A stretch of DNA of 64,000 nucleotides from Emiliania huxleyi CCMP1516 (GCF_000372725.1 NW_005201792.1:437440-501439); one strand, 5' to 3'. Positions 33,797 through 46,158 are shown, numbered from the stretch's first letter. The notes: generated from the letters alone by a model not told the origin. Made by a program: numbers and translations.

Positions 33797-36700
33797 ATGG
33801 CGCCGCCTGCGGCCAAGGCCACGCGCGTCGCAGCGCTGCCGAGCCAGCGCCAGCCGGGCTCGTCCGCGCTCCCGCTCCTCAACCCGGACGCCGTGCTCCC
33901 GAGCCGGCCTGCGGCTGGCCAGCCCGTGCCCGACGCGCCCGAGTGCCCGCCGGTAGCTGTGGTTGGCGCGATCCGAGAGCGGACGCTCGACGTCGGCGCG
34001 CCCAGCCGCCGGCTCGCCTCCGAGCGCGGCTTCCCGCAGGCTCGCCACCGCGACAGCATCACAGAGGAGCTGCGCAATCAGCTGCGCGGCCGGCCGGTCG
34101 TGAGAGGTTCGTGTTGCGGCGCTGTCGCGCCGCCAACACCCGCCGCCGGTGCGCGCACGCCGTCGGCGCTCGACCGTGAGCTGATCGCGTCTGGCGTCGG
34201 CGCGGAGAATGCCGGCCGGCTTGCAGAGATGAGCGGCGCAGAGATCGCAGAGGCGCGGCAAAAGCTGGTCGAGACGCTCGATCCGGACCTGCTGCGGAAG
34301 CTGCGGCGCGGCCGCGGGGAAGGCGTAGCCGATCCAGCCCGCCCAGCCGCCAGCGCGGCCGCCGGTACGAGCGCGCCTCCGCCGCCGCCCAGCGCGCCGC
34401 CGGCACGAGCGTCGCCTGGCGTCGACGCGGCTGGCGGCGAGGGTGGCGGCGAGGGTGGCGGCGAGGGTGGCAGCGAGGGTGGCGGCGAGGTTGGCGCGCG
34501 TGCTCCTAGCCTCGAGGAGCTCAAGTTGGAGTGGACGCGCCCCGCCGACGCGCCGCCCCTCCTCGCCGCCGCGGCCTCCGACACCAGGGCGCCGGGCGAC
34601 GGCGCCCCGCCGGCGCTCGGCGACGGCTTCGGGAGCGGTTCGGTCGAGTCGGCGCTAGAGGCGGCGATGCGCGCGGCGGGGCTGCACGACGAGCGATTCG
34701 ACTTTGGCGGCGCGCTCGTGCGCGGGGAGCGGCCCGTCCACGAGGGCCTGCACCACCATGGTGCGGCGGCCGAGGCGGCGGGCTACACGCTCGCGGAGCT
34801 GGTCCACCTCAGCAGGTCGAGCGCGTCCATCACGCGTCCATCACGCGTCCATCACGCGTCCATCACGCGCGCTCTTGCCTCGGCAGGTCGACCGTGCCGG
34901 CGCAGCGCGCGACGGCCCTCCGCGCGCTCGCCCGCGTGTGGAGCGTCCACTCGTCAGGCCGGCTCGCCGCCTCTGTTCGGCGCTGGTCGCGCGACGCGGA
35001 CGCTGCGGTCTCTCCTCCGGCGCCTCGTCGGCCCGTCCATGACACGTCCACGACACGTCCACGACACGGCCACTAGGTTGCCATCCGCGTGGCGCTCGAC
35101 GACGCCAACCTGTCCGCGGTGCACGCCGCGCTCGACGCCGCCGTCGCCCTCGCCGTTTCGCTCGGCGCGCCGCCCGCCGACGCGATCCTCGCAGAGCTCG
35201 AGCCGGCAGCGACGAGCTGGCGCGGCTGCGAGGCCTCCGCCGAGCTGCGCGGCGCTGGCGCTGCGGCGGGGGCCGCCGAGACGGCCGATCTCGATCCGGG
35301 CGCTGAGGCGGGCGGCGACGCGGAGCTCTGCCGGCGCGACCTGCTCGGAGGGTGGCTGAAGATGGGCCTCGCGGAGCGGCTCCGCTACTTGGCAGAGGTT
35401 GCGGACCTGGAGCCGGCGGCGAGGCAGCACGCGCTGACGCTGCTGTGCATGGCGGCGCGAGGCAGCCCCGCGCGTGCGCTGACCATCTGCCGCACCCCTC
35501 GGCTTCTGCCCCTCGTCGCCTCGATGCTGCGGTGCGGCGACGCCGACGCCGCTTCGCTCGCGCTCGCGCTCTCCCTAGTGCAGCTGCTGGCGAGCTCGGG
35601 CCGCGAGTCTGCGGCCTTCCTGCTCGAGGCGGAGGTGCTGTCGTCGTGCCACGCCCGCTTCCTGTCCGCCACGCGAGCGACCGCCGCGCACGACGCGGTG
35701 TCAGACCTTGCCGACGCCCGGCGGCTCGGCGCGGCCGCGGTTGCCGTGTGGCGCTGCCTGGTCGCCTACGGCCTGACCGCGCCCTCGCTCGGCAGCTGGT
35801 TCCCTGTCCTCTCCCTCGCCACCCACCCCCGAGGCGGCTGCGGCGAGGGCGAGGAGGCCGCCGCGAGACTCGCGTGCGCCACGCTCGGCCTCGTCGAGAC
35901 CCTCTGCGGCGCCGGCCACCCCGTCACGCACCCTCCGCCCGGCGAGAGGCCCGGCCGCGCAGCCGCCGGCCGCGGCGTCGACGACATCTCGACGCAGGTG
36001 GCGGATGCGGTCGCCGCGCTCGGCCCGCCCAGCGCCGGTGCGAGCGGCGCGCCGGCACTCTCCGACGCCGAGGCGCAGTGCTTGGGTGGCAGCTTCGACC
36101 CGTCCCCCGCGGAGGAAGGGCGGTGGCGCCACCTCGCCGCCTTCGTCCCGCCGGCGGTCGAGGCGCTGCTCGCGGACGCGGGGGGGGCAGCAGACGCGGG
36201 GGGGGCGGGCGGCGCCGCGGGGGCGGAGGTGTCTGCGTCGCGGCTCCACCTCCTCGCCTCGTACTTGCAAGCCATGCCGCGGCACGCGGCGGCGAGCGCC
36301 ACGCCACTCACGGGCGCGTGCGAGCTGCCCCTCCTGCCGTGGTGCACCATCGTCGCCGAGCGGCTGATGCTGCCGGCGGCGACGCGCGCGACTGCAAAGG
36401 CGGCAGGCGGTGGCGGCAGCGACGGAGGCGCAGGGGCGCTGGGCTGGGCGGTGGCGCTGGTGGAGAGGGCGGCCTCCGCCGGCGAGGCGGGAGCAGCGGT
36501 GGAGAGTGCGCACTTGCGGACCGCACTCGAGCTGCTGCTGGGCTACGCGCGGCTGTGGTGGCAGCTGACGCGGCAGCACCGCGGCTTGCTGCTGCAGCTG
36601 GGCGCGACGGACGCGCACGCGCTGCTGTGGCGACTCGCGGCGCTGCTTCCCGCCGCCATCGGACCCGCCGGCCGGGAGCCTCTGAAGGCCGGCTCGGGGC

Positions 36701-38195
36701 AGCGGCTGCGCGCGAGGGTGGGCAAGGAGGCGTCGGAGTGGGCGGGTGCAGCTGTGACGCCCGCGCCGCGGACCCCGCGCTCTCACGCCACCCCTTGTTG
36801 ACTGTAGCACGAGCTCCGTCTCTCCGGCCGGCTGGCGTACTTTCTTTTGATGCTGCTGGACGGCGTTGATGGCGGCGGCGTTCCCCCGACCGACGGCGGC
36901 CGCGACGCTTCGAGGGGCAGCGCCGCGGCTCGCTCCTTCCTGCAGCTCGCCGCGTGTTCGCTCGGCTGGATGCGCGCCGGCGACGAGGCGCTGGCGCAAG
37001 GCGTCGCGTCGTCTCTTCTGCTCGCGGCGCGCTGGCTGCGCCGAGCCGACCTCGCGTGCACCGACGCCCCCGACGCTCCCGCTCTGCTCGCCTCGTTCCG
37101 GCCGGCGCTGCTCTCTCCCCTCCTGCAGCTCCTCCGCCTGCCAAAGACCGCACAGGCCGAGGCGCAGGCGTGTGCTGCCTAGAGCTGCAGCGGGGCGGCA
37201 CTAGCGGCAGCCCGCGAGCGCCGCGCTCACGTCGTGTCTCCGCGTCCCACAGGCGAGGGTCGAAGGCCGCGCTTCGAGCTTGCTGTCCCTCTGGCCGCGG
37301 CCGAGCCGCTCACGGCTGCCTCTGGCTGCGGACTGGATGCTCACGCCCACGTGGGCGTTTGGCGCCGACGGCGGCGGTGTCGTGGAGGAGGAGGCGATGG
37401 TCGCTCAGCTCCGCGCGGCCCTCGCTTGGCTCGTCCTCCACTCGCGCTTCTTTCTCGCGCCGCTGCGTTGGCTGCCGCGCTCGCGGGGGCTCTGCCGCCT
37501 CCTGCAGGCCTCACCTCGCCGACCCTCCCCCCCGTCGCCCCGTCGCCCCCGTCGCCCCCGTCGCCCCCGCCCCAGCACGCCGACGCGCCCTCTGCCGGCG
37601 GCGACAGGTCTACACGCTCCCCGCGGCGCCTTGGCGCGACGCTGTCGTCGCCGCGTCGCTGAGGGCGCTCTTGGACTCGTGGGCGGCAGAGGGCGGGGAG
37701 GCGCGAGCGGCGGACTTTGCGGCAGGGTCGTCGCTTCTCGGCGGCGAGCCGCAGGCGGACGTGATGTCCCTGGTGACTCGCACGCTCGACCACTTCTCCG
37801 CCGAGTCGCTCGGCGACCCCCTCTACACGCAGTGGGCGCTGCTCCCGCTCCGCTCCGCCGAGCCCGCCGCGCTGCAGATCGAGGCGTGGGGGCAGCTCGA
37901 GGCGCTGGCACACAAGCTGTGCGTGGACCCGCCGCCGCCGTCGCGTTTGTGTGCGTGGGCCGCCCAGCCGCAGGCGCCGGCCGCCGACGGGGATCGGCTG
38001 CTCGAGCTGCTCGAGCACTCGCTGCAGCGCGGCAACCTGTCGCGCGCCGAGGGGGCAGACACGTCTTTCCTCCTCCGCTGGGCTCTCCACCACCTCGCCG
38101 CAGCCGCAGAGGGCGGCCGCGCGCCGCTTCTCGCCGCGCGGGTCGCCGAGTGGCCCGAGGCTTGGCGGCGAGTGGCGGCGGCGGGACTGGAGTGA
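33797..38195 (+). CDS. RPAP1: RNA polymerase II-associated protein 1 (RPAP1/IYO-like), multi-exon
   Basis: RPAP1_N: ENAGRLAEMSGAEIAEARQKL...LDP. RPAP1_C: RFDFGG...GLHHHG...AGYTLAELVHLSRSTVPAQR. Confidence 0.85.
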
Positions 38196-38520
38196 CGCGA
38201 GGGACGCATCACGCGAGATCGGGGGTTGCGCTTGCGCCGCGCGCTCGATTTTTACTAGTGCTGTATTGTGTTCGCTCGGTCTTTGAACCACAAGCACAAC
38301 CAAGAGTCAAGTCCTCGCACCTCCCTCCCGCGTCTCGGTGCGACAGGGTGAAGGGGAACGGGGTGCACTGCTATATCGTGGCGCGTTTTTCAAGTACCGC
38401 TAGTTTCTGAAAAAAAACGCGAATCCGCTCTCCGCGAACGATGCAGGAAGAGCTCAGGTTCCTCTCCACCACCTGGTGCAGAGGCGCGGCCGCCGGAGCG
38501 CCGCCGCGGCCGCCGGGCTC

Positions 38521-38618
38521 GACATAGAGATGCAACGTAGAGATACTAGACATAGAGATGGCAGATGCAACGTAGAGATACTCTAGACATAGAGATGCAA
38601 CGTAGAGATACTAGACAT
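38521..38618. repeat. Minisatellite (gacatagagatgcaacgtagagatacta, ~3 copies)
   Basis: Seen directly in the sequence. Confidence 0.85.
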
Positions 38619-38766
38619 GCCAGGGCGAGAGGTGGGCGGTCTCGCTCCCTCTCTCTCGCTCGACTAGAGTGCTCGGCTGCTTGTACGACGGCGTCCGTCA
38701 ACTTTGATTGACGTTGCATGTGACGCATCCGGCGCTTCGACGCCCCCCGCCGCTCTGCCTCTGCGT

Positions 38767-41700
38767 CTATTGGACTGTGTAGTCCGCGAACGCGTAGTTG
38801 GTCTGGTCGATCAGAACGTCGCCCGCAGCTGACATCTCTCTGCCAAATGTCTCGCCCAGCTTGCTGAAGCCGGCGCCGTTGGTCGGGTAGGTCATGGAAG
38901 AGTCGTGGTTGTAGCCGAGGCAGTGCCCGAGCTCGTGGTACGTGACACCGCCCCGCTGCTGACCGTAGAAGAAGTCGCTCTTCAGGACGTACTCAGCGAC
39001 GCCCAAGGTGCTGCCCCCGCCGAGGCCGCTGACCTTGGCGACGACGCCGAGGTTGAAGCGCCGAGGCGAGAGTAGCTCCGAGAGAACGCTGCGCTTCTTC
39101 TCGGCAGTCATCAGGGCGCCCTGGTTGTCGGTGATCTCCTCCGCCGCCATGCGGTCGGCGAAGTCGGGGTGGCTGTACATGAACGCCACATTCAGAATGA
39201 GCGCGGTCCACAAGCGGGCGTGCCTGGGCTCCGGGTCCTCCCTCCAGTTGTTCGAGGGGTCATTGCTCCAATCGAAGTCCTTCAGGCTCAAAGACCACGG
39301 AACGCTCTTGAGACGCTCGAGGCGCTGCATGGTGGTGCTCGTGCCCCGGTAGTCGAAGCTCAGGTGCACTCCTTTCTTGGCGCAGCGGTGGTTGCCTTCG
39401 GCGCTGTAGAAGACGACGTTGTCGCGGTGACAGTTGTCCGACGACGTGTAGCTCCACGTTGCGCTGCAGCAGAACCAGTCCGACCCGCCACACCAGTCGC
39501 ACGGCGTGTCGCCGTCGTCACGGCACCTGGCGGCAGAGTTCGACCAGCACTCCTGCCCGGCCCGGACGCCGCCATGCGCAATCGGTATTCCTGAGCCGTA
39601 GTTGGCGAGGTCCACAGCGACACCGTCTTGATCGGTGAACTCGCGGTCAGGGAAGGTCACAAAAGGGAATTCTAGTTCGAAGACGGCGTGCGCAGGAAGA
39701 GAGTCGATGCGCCCGACGCTGACGTTTTGCGGACCCCCGTAGAAGCTCATGACGATCTCGACGTCCTCCAAGTCGACCGGCACGAAGTTGATGAGTTCGA
39801 AGGTGGTGTTTGTCTTCGCCGTCATTCGGATGATCGCGTCAGTCCGGTAGGTGAGCGAGGTGAGGTCCGCGACACTGTCGCCGTCTCTGTAGATGCGGGT
39901 GTAGTTGTCCAGAGTCGGAAGAGCAAGCTCAGGCATTGACGGCGGGGCTGGGGGGAGCGGCGGCACTAGCGGAGACGGAGGTGACGACGGAGGTAGCGAC
40001 GGTGAGGGCGGCGGCGGCGGCGCAGGGCACTCGGCGCAGGTGGTCGTCGTGTAGCCGTAGTGCCCGCCACCGCAGTTCCAGCCCAAGCGCTGGCACTTGC
40101 CGTTAGAGCAGATCTGGCGGTTTGCGGAGGGCGCCTCGTACCTCGAGGTGGCGGGGTTCCATGAGTAGGTGTCGGCAGCGCATGATGCGTAGGTCCTCGA
40201 GGAGGTCACGCATTGGCACGGAGGCGGCGACGGTGGAGGCGACGGCGGCGGAGAGGGCGGAAGCGACGGCGGGGGCGGGGATGGTGGCGGAGGCGACGGC
40301 GGCGGAGGGGATGGCGGCGGTGGCGAGGGCGGCGGCGAGGGCGGCGCCGAGGGCTGCGGTGGCGCAGGGCACTCGGCGCAGGTCGTCGTCGTGTAGCCGT
40401 AGTGCCCGCCACCGCAGTTCCAGCCCAAGCCCTGGCACTTGCCGTTCGGGCAGATCTGTCGGTTGATCGATGGGGCCTCGTACATCGATGTTTCTGGGTT
40501 CCACGCGTATTTGTCCGCGGCGCATGATGCGTAGGTCGTCGAGGAGGTCACGCACGGGCACGGAGGCGCCGCAGGAGGGGATGGTGGCGCCGCTGGGGAG
40601 GGGCACTCGGCGCAGGTCGTCGTCGTGTAACCGTAGTGCCCGCCACCGCAGTTCCAGCCCAAGCCCTGGCACTTGCCGTTCGGGCAGATCTGTCGGTTGA
40701 TCGATGGGGCCTCGTACATCGATGTTTCTGGGTTCCACGCGTATTTGTCCGCGGCGCATGATGCGTAGGTCCTCGAGGAGGTCACGCACGGGCACGGAGG
40801 CGCCGCAGGAGGGGATGGTGGCGCCGCTGGGGAGGGGCACTCGGCGCAGGTCGTCGTCGTGTAGCCGTAGTGCCCGCCACCGCAGTTCCAGCCCAAGCGC
40901 TGGCACTTGCCGTTAGAGCAGATCTGGCGGTTTGCGGAGGGCGCCTCGTACCTCGAGGTGGCGGGGTTCCATGAGTAGGTGTCGGCAGCGCATGATGCGT
41001 AGGTCCTCGAGGAGGTCACGCATTGGCACGGAGGCGACGACGGCGGCGGAGAGGTCGGAAGCGTCGGCGGTGTCGGGAGGGGGCAGATCTGCGGAACCCC
41101 ACCGATGAGGAAGTTGCGGCCGCCCTCCCCGTTGTCGTTGCCGCCGGCGGTGAGCCTGAGATCGACACTGCTTGCTCCGGCCGCGTACTGCAGGCAGACA
41201 AAGCGGGGCGCGATGTGCTTCCGGGTGACGTCTGTCATGCTGCACGGATTCACGCCAAAGACATCGTCGGGTGAGACCGGATTGAAGTCTCCAGATCGGA
41301 ATTGTGCCTCGCCCGAATCATGCGCGGCAGTGAAAGTGGTGCACGAGCCGTCTGCAGGTGTAGCGCCAATCTCGTGGTCAACCGAGCTGGCCTCGATCTT
41401 GAGTTTGTGGTCAATGGAGTTGGTCAGATCCTCGATGGTAAAGTGGCCGGTGTTGCCGCACGCCGTAACGCTCTCCTGGAACCGGAGCTGGCCATTTGAC
41501 TCCATCGAGACGTCGAGGTCAAAGACGCAAAATTCCAGCGGCGCCGTCAGCGGCCCCGAGAAGGTGAGGCGGAAGTCGGTGCTCCTGTTCTCCTTCAAGT
41601 TGAGGGAAGCAAACTCACCAGACAGGGCGCCGCCTTCGGATCTCTCGTCGTAAATAACGTCGCCGCCGACCGCTTGCACGGTGAGGTTGAGCAGTTGGCG

Positions 41701-41934
41701 CTCCCCGTCAACTTTGTCGACGACGGCGTCCACGAACGTCACGCCCTCCGTTGAACCGAGTTTGCCTACGACATCGTTCTCACCGAAGCGGAATGTTGCC
41801 CGCGCAGCACACGGAATGTTGCCCGTGCGCGTGCTCCCCACGGGCGAGCACTCCTCGTTGGTAGGCGCCGCTTGTGCAAGGTCGTGGAACAGCGCCAGAA
41901 TGGAGAACATGGAGAGGCACTTGGGGGCGATCAT
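38767..41934 (-). CDS. Secreted modular protein: N-terminal domain, four 8-Cys repeats with Pro/Ser linkers, C-terminal metzincin-like Zn protease
   Basis: Signal peptide, HELGHCLGYNH followed by SSMTY, intronless ORF. Confidence 0.8.
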   Translation of the reverse strand: MIAPKCLSMFSILALFHDLAQAAPTNEECSPVGSTRTGNIPCAARATFRFGENDVVGKLGSTEGVTFVDAVVDKVDGERQLLNLTVQAVGGDVIYDERSEGGALSGEFASLNLKENRSTDFRLTFSGPLTAPLEFCVFDLDVSMESNGQLRFQESVTACGNTGHFTIEDLTNSIDHKLKIEASSVDHEIGATPADGSCTTFTAAHDSGEAQFRSGDFNPVSPDDVFGVNPCSMTDVTRKHIAPRFVCLQYAAGASSVDLRLTAGGNDNGEGGRNFLIGGVPQICPLPTPPTLPTSPPPSSPPCQCVTSSRTYASCAADTYSWNPATSRYEAPSANRQICSNGKCQRLGWNCGGGHYGYTTTTCAECPSPAAPPSPPAAPPCPCVTSSRTYASCAADKYAWNPETSMYEAPSINRQICPNGKCQGLGWNCGGGHYGYTTTTCAECPSPAAPPSPPAAPPCPCVTSSTTYASCAADKYAWNPETSMYEAPSINRQICPNGKCQGLGWNCGGGHYGYTTTTCAECPAPPQPSAPPSPPPSPPPPSPPPPSPPPPSPPPPSLPPSPPPSPPPSPPPCQCVTSSRTYASCAADTYSWNPATSRYEAPSANRQICSNGKCQRLGWNCGGGHYGYTTTTCAECPAPPPPPSPSLPPSSPPSPLVPPLPPAPPSMPELALPTLDNYTRIYRDGDSVADLTSLTYRTDAIIRMTAKTNTTFELINFVPVDLEDVEIVMSFYGGPQNVSVGRIDSLPAHAVFELEFPFVTFPDREFTDQDGVAVDLANYGSGIPIAHGGVRAGQECWSNSAARCRDDGDTPCDWCGGSDWFCCSATWSYTSSDNCHRDNVVFYSAEGNHRCAKKGVHLSFDYRGTSTTMQRLERLKSVPWSLSLKDFDWSNDPSNNWREDPEPRHARLWTALILNVAFMYSHPDFADRMAAEEITDNQGALMTAEKKRSVLSELLSPRRFNLGVVAKVSGLGGGSTLGVAEYVLKSDFFYGQQRGGVTYHELGHCLGYNHDSSMTYPTNGAGFSKLGETFGREMSAAGDVLIDQTNYAFADYTVQ

Positions 41935-42603
41935 GCGGCCGTCCTTGATTTGTATCTGCGTGCGGAACGATAGCTCGTGAGGGGTTGCTGATCGCTCGTG
42001 GGGTCGCGGGCGGGAGGGCCAAGGATGCCTGGCACAGAAAGCGAGCTCCGTGGTCGGAGTCAGCCACATCCGCCTTTTTTGATCGCAAGTTCATCCCTGA
42101 CACGCTGTGAGACGCTGCCGGACGTCGATGAAGTGTCACGGCGTATCAGTGGCGAGACGTGATTTCTTCCCGCGCCTGCCGCTGTCCTGGCGGCGCGAGC
42201 CCTGGCGGCGCGAGTCGCGACTCCTTCAGCAGCGCCAGTGCCAACGTCCTTGCAGCATGCTCTCTCTCTCCCTGGGCGCCCTTCTCGCCGCGTCGTACGC
42301 GCCGTCGCCGCGTTCATCGCACTCGCCGCGCTGGTCTCCGGCCCGCCCATTGGTGATTGGACTTCTCATCTCATCGCTCGGTCACTCACGGTGAATGAGA
42401 GAGATCGTGACGTCCCCCTCTCTCCAGGACTCTCTGTGGAGCTCCCAGCAGTTCCACCAGCGAGGAGCCCCACGGCAAACTCTCAAGAGCGACAAATACC
42501 TAAAGGCTATAAGTTCGGCGCGCCGGGCGTGGAGAAACTCTCCGTCTCTCCAAAGACGTGCCGACGTGCGCCTCGCCGCCGCCGGGCGCTGTGCCCGCGG
42601 CAA

Positions 42604-43338
42604 TCACTTTGCCGCCCACTTGTCCACCAGGGCCTCGCCCCCGCCACCCGCTGGCGCCGCCACCGGAGCAAGCACCGCGCCATCGGAAGGCGCAATCCCC
42701 CATCCCGCAGCCGGGTCGACCGACGGCGGCGACTCGTCGAAGGCCGGCGCGGGAGCAAGCTCTCCCGCCGCGCTCTCGAGGGCGTGTGGAAGCGCCGCCG
42801 GAGGGGTGACTCGCTCCTCGGGAGCGGCGACGGGAGGAGCGCCTGGAGCCTCCTCTCGCGACGTGCCGCCTCCAAACAGAAACGGGAGGGCCGAGCACAG
42901 CAGCGCGCTGCTCAAGCCCGCACCGGCGAGGGCGCGTGTGTTGCGGTAGAGGTACGGTGCGTGCGGCATGGGGGTCAGGTACCCGGGCAGGCCGCCTGCG
43001 ATGCCAATCAGCCCGCCGACTGCGAACGGGTTGAATGCATCCTTCTTCCCTCTGGCCCGCTCGAGTGAGCATGTGCCGCCATTGTAAAACGAGAGGAAGC
43101 CGCCAAGGCTTATGGCGGACCGCGCCGCCGAGCGCAGCACAAAGATTCCACCGCCGACGAGGCCAAGCTGCAGCGCCTGTCCGGACGCAAAGATGCCTCC
43201 GAGCGCGCCTCCGAGGATGCAGCCGTCCACAGCCGAGCCGATGGCCCTGACGAGGCACGACCGCCGTCGTCGTGGCGCGTCCTGCGGCGGCGGCGGCGGC
43301 TGCGGCGGTGACGGTGACGGTGACGGTGCAGCCTCCAT
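42604..43338 (-). CDS. Tim17/Tim22/Tim23 family protein
   Basis: Gly-rich TM segments and the motif FYNGGTCSLERARGKKDAFNPFAVGGLIG. Confidence 0.85.
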   Translation of the reverse strand: MEAAPSPSPSPPQPPPPPQDAPRRRRSCLVRAIGSAVDGCILGGALGGIFASGQALQLGLVGGGIFVLRSAARSAISLGGFLSFYNGGTCSLERARGKKDAFNPFAVGGLIGIAGGLPGYLTPMPHAPYLYRNTRALAGAGLSSALLCSALPFLFGGGTSREEAPGAPPVAAPEERVTPPAALPHALESAAGELAPAPAFDESPPSVDPAAGWGIAPSDGAVLAPVAAPAGGGGEALVDKWAAK

Positions 43339-43843
43339 CTGCACGCGCCGCCGTCAGGCTTCCGGCTGGCTCCCTTTTCTTTTTCCTTTCCTCCGCCCTC
43401 GGCGGAGGGCGGTGCACGTGCCGCCTAGTTCCAAGGACGGGCCACTCCTTCACGTGTACGGATCATGCAGTCCCCACATGGGATCACTTGTCATAGAAGA
43501 GAGTTCTTGTTTTGTATCCGCTTTCTCTCTCTCTCTCACGTGGATTTTTCCGTTTCTCTTTTCGACATGACATGACAGAGAGAGATTTTTAGAAGCAACA
43601 AGAAATGTGTCAGCCCAGTGAGTGTCCCTTGTGTGAGAGAGAGATTTGTTTGTTTGTGTGAGTGAGTGAGTACACATAGAACCCAAGGGAGGGATGGGAG
43701 GACGGCACGCCGCCACCACACAGGGATTTTAAGGATAGGAGTGTGGTAAAAGAAAGAAAGAAAAGGAGTGTGGTGCTAGCCGTCGCCCACCGCGCCTGGA
43801 CTTTCTCTTCTCAGCCCACCACCGCGCTCTCCCGGCTCCTCTC

Positions 43844-45180
43844 GATGGACGACGAGCTAGCCGCCTTCCAGGCGGAGCTCTCCCAGATGGGCGGCTCGTC
43901 CAAGCCATCGGACGCCGCCGCCGCTGCCGGCCCAAAGGCGCCAAAGGTGATCTCGTCTTTGCCGGTCCGGTCGATGCGGGTGAGCGGAGACTACGTGCAG
44001 CCGCCGGCCCCGACGTACGAGCCGGCCGGCCCGTCCGGCGGCCGGCACGTCGACTACGACCAGTTTGCGCAGGCCGAGCTCGAGCTCCGCAATGCGCCGC
44101 CGCCGACCGCGTTCGGAGCGCCGGGAGAGCGCCCGCCTCCGCCGCCCGGGTTTGACCCGCGGAGGAGGTACGAGCACCTGAACAAGCCGCCCGAGATGGT
44201 GGCACCGGTGGAGATGGACCCGTCCCAGTGGACCCACACCGCGCCCGTCGCGCCGCCCAAGCCAGTCAAGGCCAACGCGGAGACGTCGACGAAGCGGTTT
44301 TGCGCGGGCAAGTCCTGGGAGGACCCGACGCTGGCGCGCTGTAGCCGAGAGGGAGGAGAGGTGGCGGAGAGGGGATGGCCAATCAGGCGTGGGACGACGG
44401 GCCGCGCGGGCTCTTTCTCTCCCTCGGCCCACCATCCTCTCCCTCTCTCCCTAGCCCCCACTCCCCCAGTGGCCCATTTTAGCCCCCCCGCGGTTCACCC
44501 CCCCCCCCCCCCCTTCCCTCGCGCCAGGCGGAGTGGCCAGACGACGACTTTCGCATCTTCGTCGGCGACCTAGGCAACGAGACCAACGACGACGTCCTCG
44601 CCCACGCCTTTGGCGCCTACCCCTCCTTCCAAAAGGCGCGCCCCGCACCCCCTCCCCTCGGGACCGGCTCCCGGCATCCGAGGCATCCCTGCGTCTCGCC
44701 GCCTCGCCCCCTCGCCCCCTCGCCCCCGCCCACTCCAGCTCTCGCCCGTCCCGCCTCCTCGCCCTCCCGCCCCGCCCGGACCCCTCCTCCCCCTCTCCCC
44801 CCCTGGCTGCCAGGCGAGGGTGGTTCGCAACAAGGGGACGCAAAAGTCGCTCGGCTACGGCTTCGTGTCCTTCAAGGACCCCTGGGACATGACCAAGGCG
44901 CTGCGCGAGATGCACGGAAAGTACATTGGCAACCGGCCCGTCAAGGCGAGCCCGCCACACCACTCCTCCCCACCACGCCACCGCCGAGCGTCGACCCCCC
45001 CCGCCCCTTCAGGTGCGCAAGAGCACCTGGGCCGAGCGCAGCCAGGAGCAGTCAAGCACCAAACAGCAGTGGGTGCACGCGATGGCAGTCAACGACAAGA
45101 AGGAGCGGAGCAAACTCAAGACGACCAAGGGCAAGCAGCGGCCGCACGTGCACAAGAGGCAGAAGAACATGCCCTGGTGA
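43844..45180 (+). CDS. RBM42: RBM42-like RRM protein
   Basis: WEDPTLAEWPDDDFRIFVGDLGNE...GYGFVSFKDP...REMHGKYIGNRPVK. Three GC-AG introns (44334-44527, 44636-44813, 44946-45012). Confidence 0.88.
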
Positions 45181-45608
45181 CTGCGACCGGCGTCGCGCTC
45201 CTCGCAGTGTGTGGGGAGAGAGGGTCGCGGAGTCCAGACTCCAGCGTGTCCAGCGCTCGGCTCTCTGTAGCTTGCCAGGCTCTCCAGCCACGTCCACCAC
45301 CGGTCGCCGCGCGCACGCGCCCCGCCCTCCACACGCGCCGCGCTCTCGCAGTGCGCTCGCGCCGCAACGCTCCAGCGCACACGACTGCGTGGGTGCTGCT
45401 CCTGGGTCGTGGGTGCACCAACAAATGCAAAAACGCCGCACACTGGCAGCTGGCACCCCTTATTTACTGTGTTTCTACCTCGATGCTCTAGCCAAAAGTC
45501 TCGATCGTGTGACGTGCCTCGTACCACGTACGTCGTAGCGCGTCGCGCTGGCCGCTGCGCCGCGGCGGTCTGGTTCGGGCCTCGGGCCGGGCTGCCAAGC
45601 CGTCGGCC

Positions 45609-46087
45609 TCAGCAGTACTCGAAACTATCTCGAGCTTCGGCGAGGACGGCGTCGGTCGCCTCGCGCGCCCACGCGTCGAACCGATCGGGCGACACGCCGG
45701 CGAGGCGGGCGCCATAGGCGGCGAGGTCGTCGGGCGCGGGCGCGACGGCGTGCAGCAACTCGCCCGAGTGCGGGTGAGCGAGGCGGAGCTCCCTCGCATG
45801 GAGGAGAGGCCTGCGAGCGGTGCGCGCCTCGAGCCGGTTCCAGTTGGCGTCGCCGTAGAGCGGGTCGCCGAGCACCTGGCGAGGGGGGGGGGGTGAGGTG
45901 GCGACGGGAGGTCGTATACCCGCGTCTATCCTCGGCATCTCGCCGGGTGGCCCGCATCTGCGAGGTGGACTCGGATCTGGTGCGTGCGGCCGGTCCGGAG
46001 GAGCACCGCGACCAGGGAGAGCCGGCCTGCAGGACGAGCGGGGGGGCGGGCTGGGCTCGCGCATGCACACTCTTCGCGCGAGGGCAG

Positions 46088-46158
<71 letters not shown>

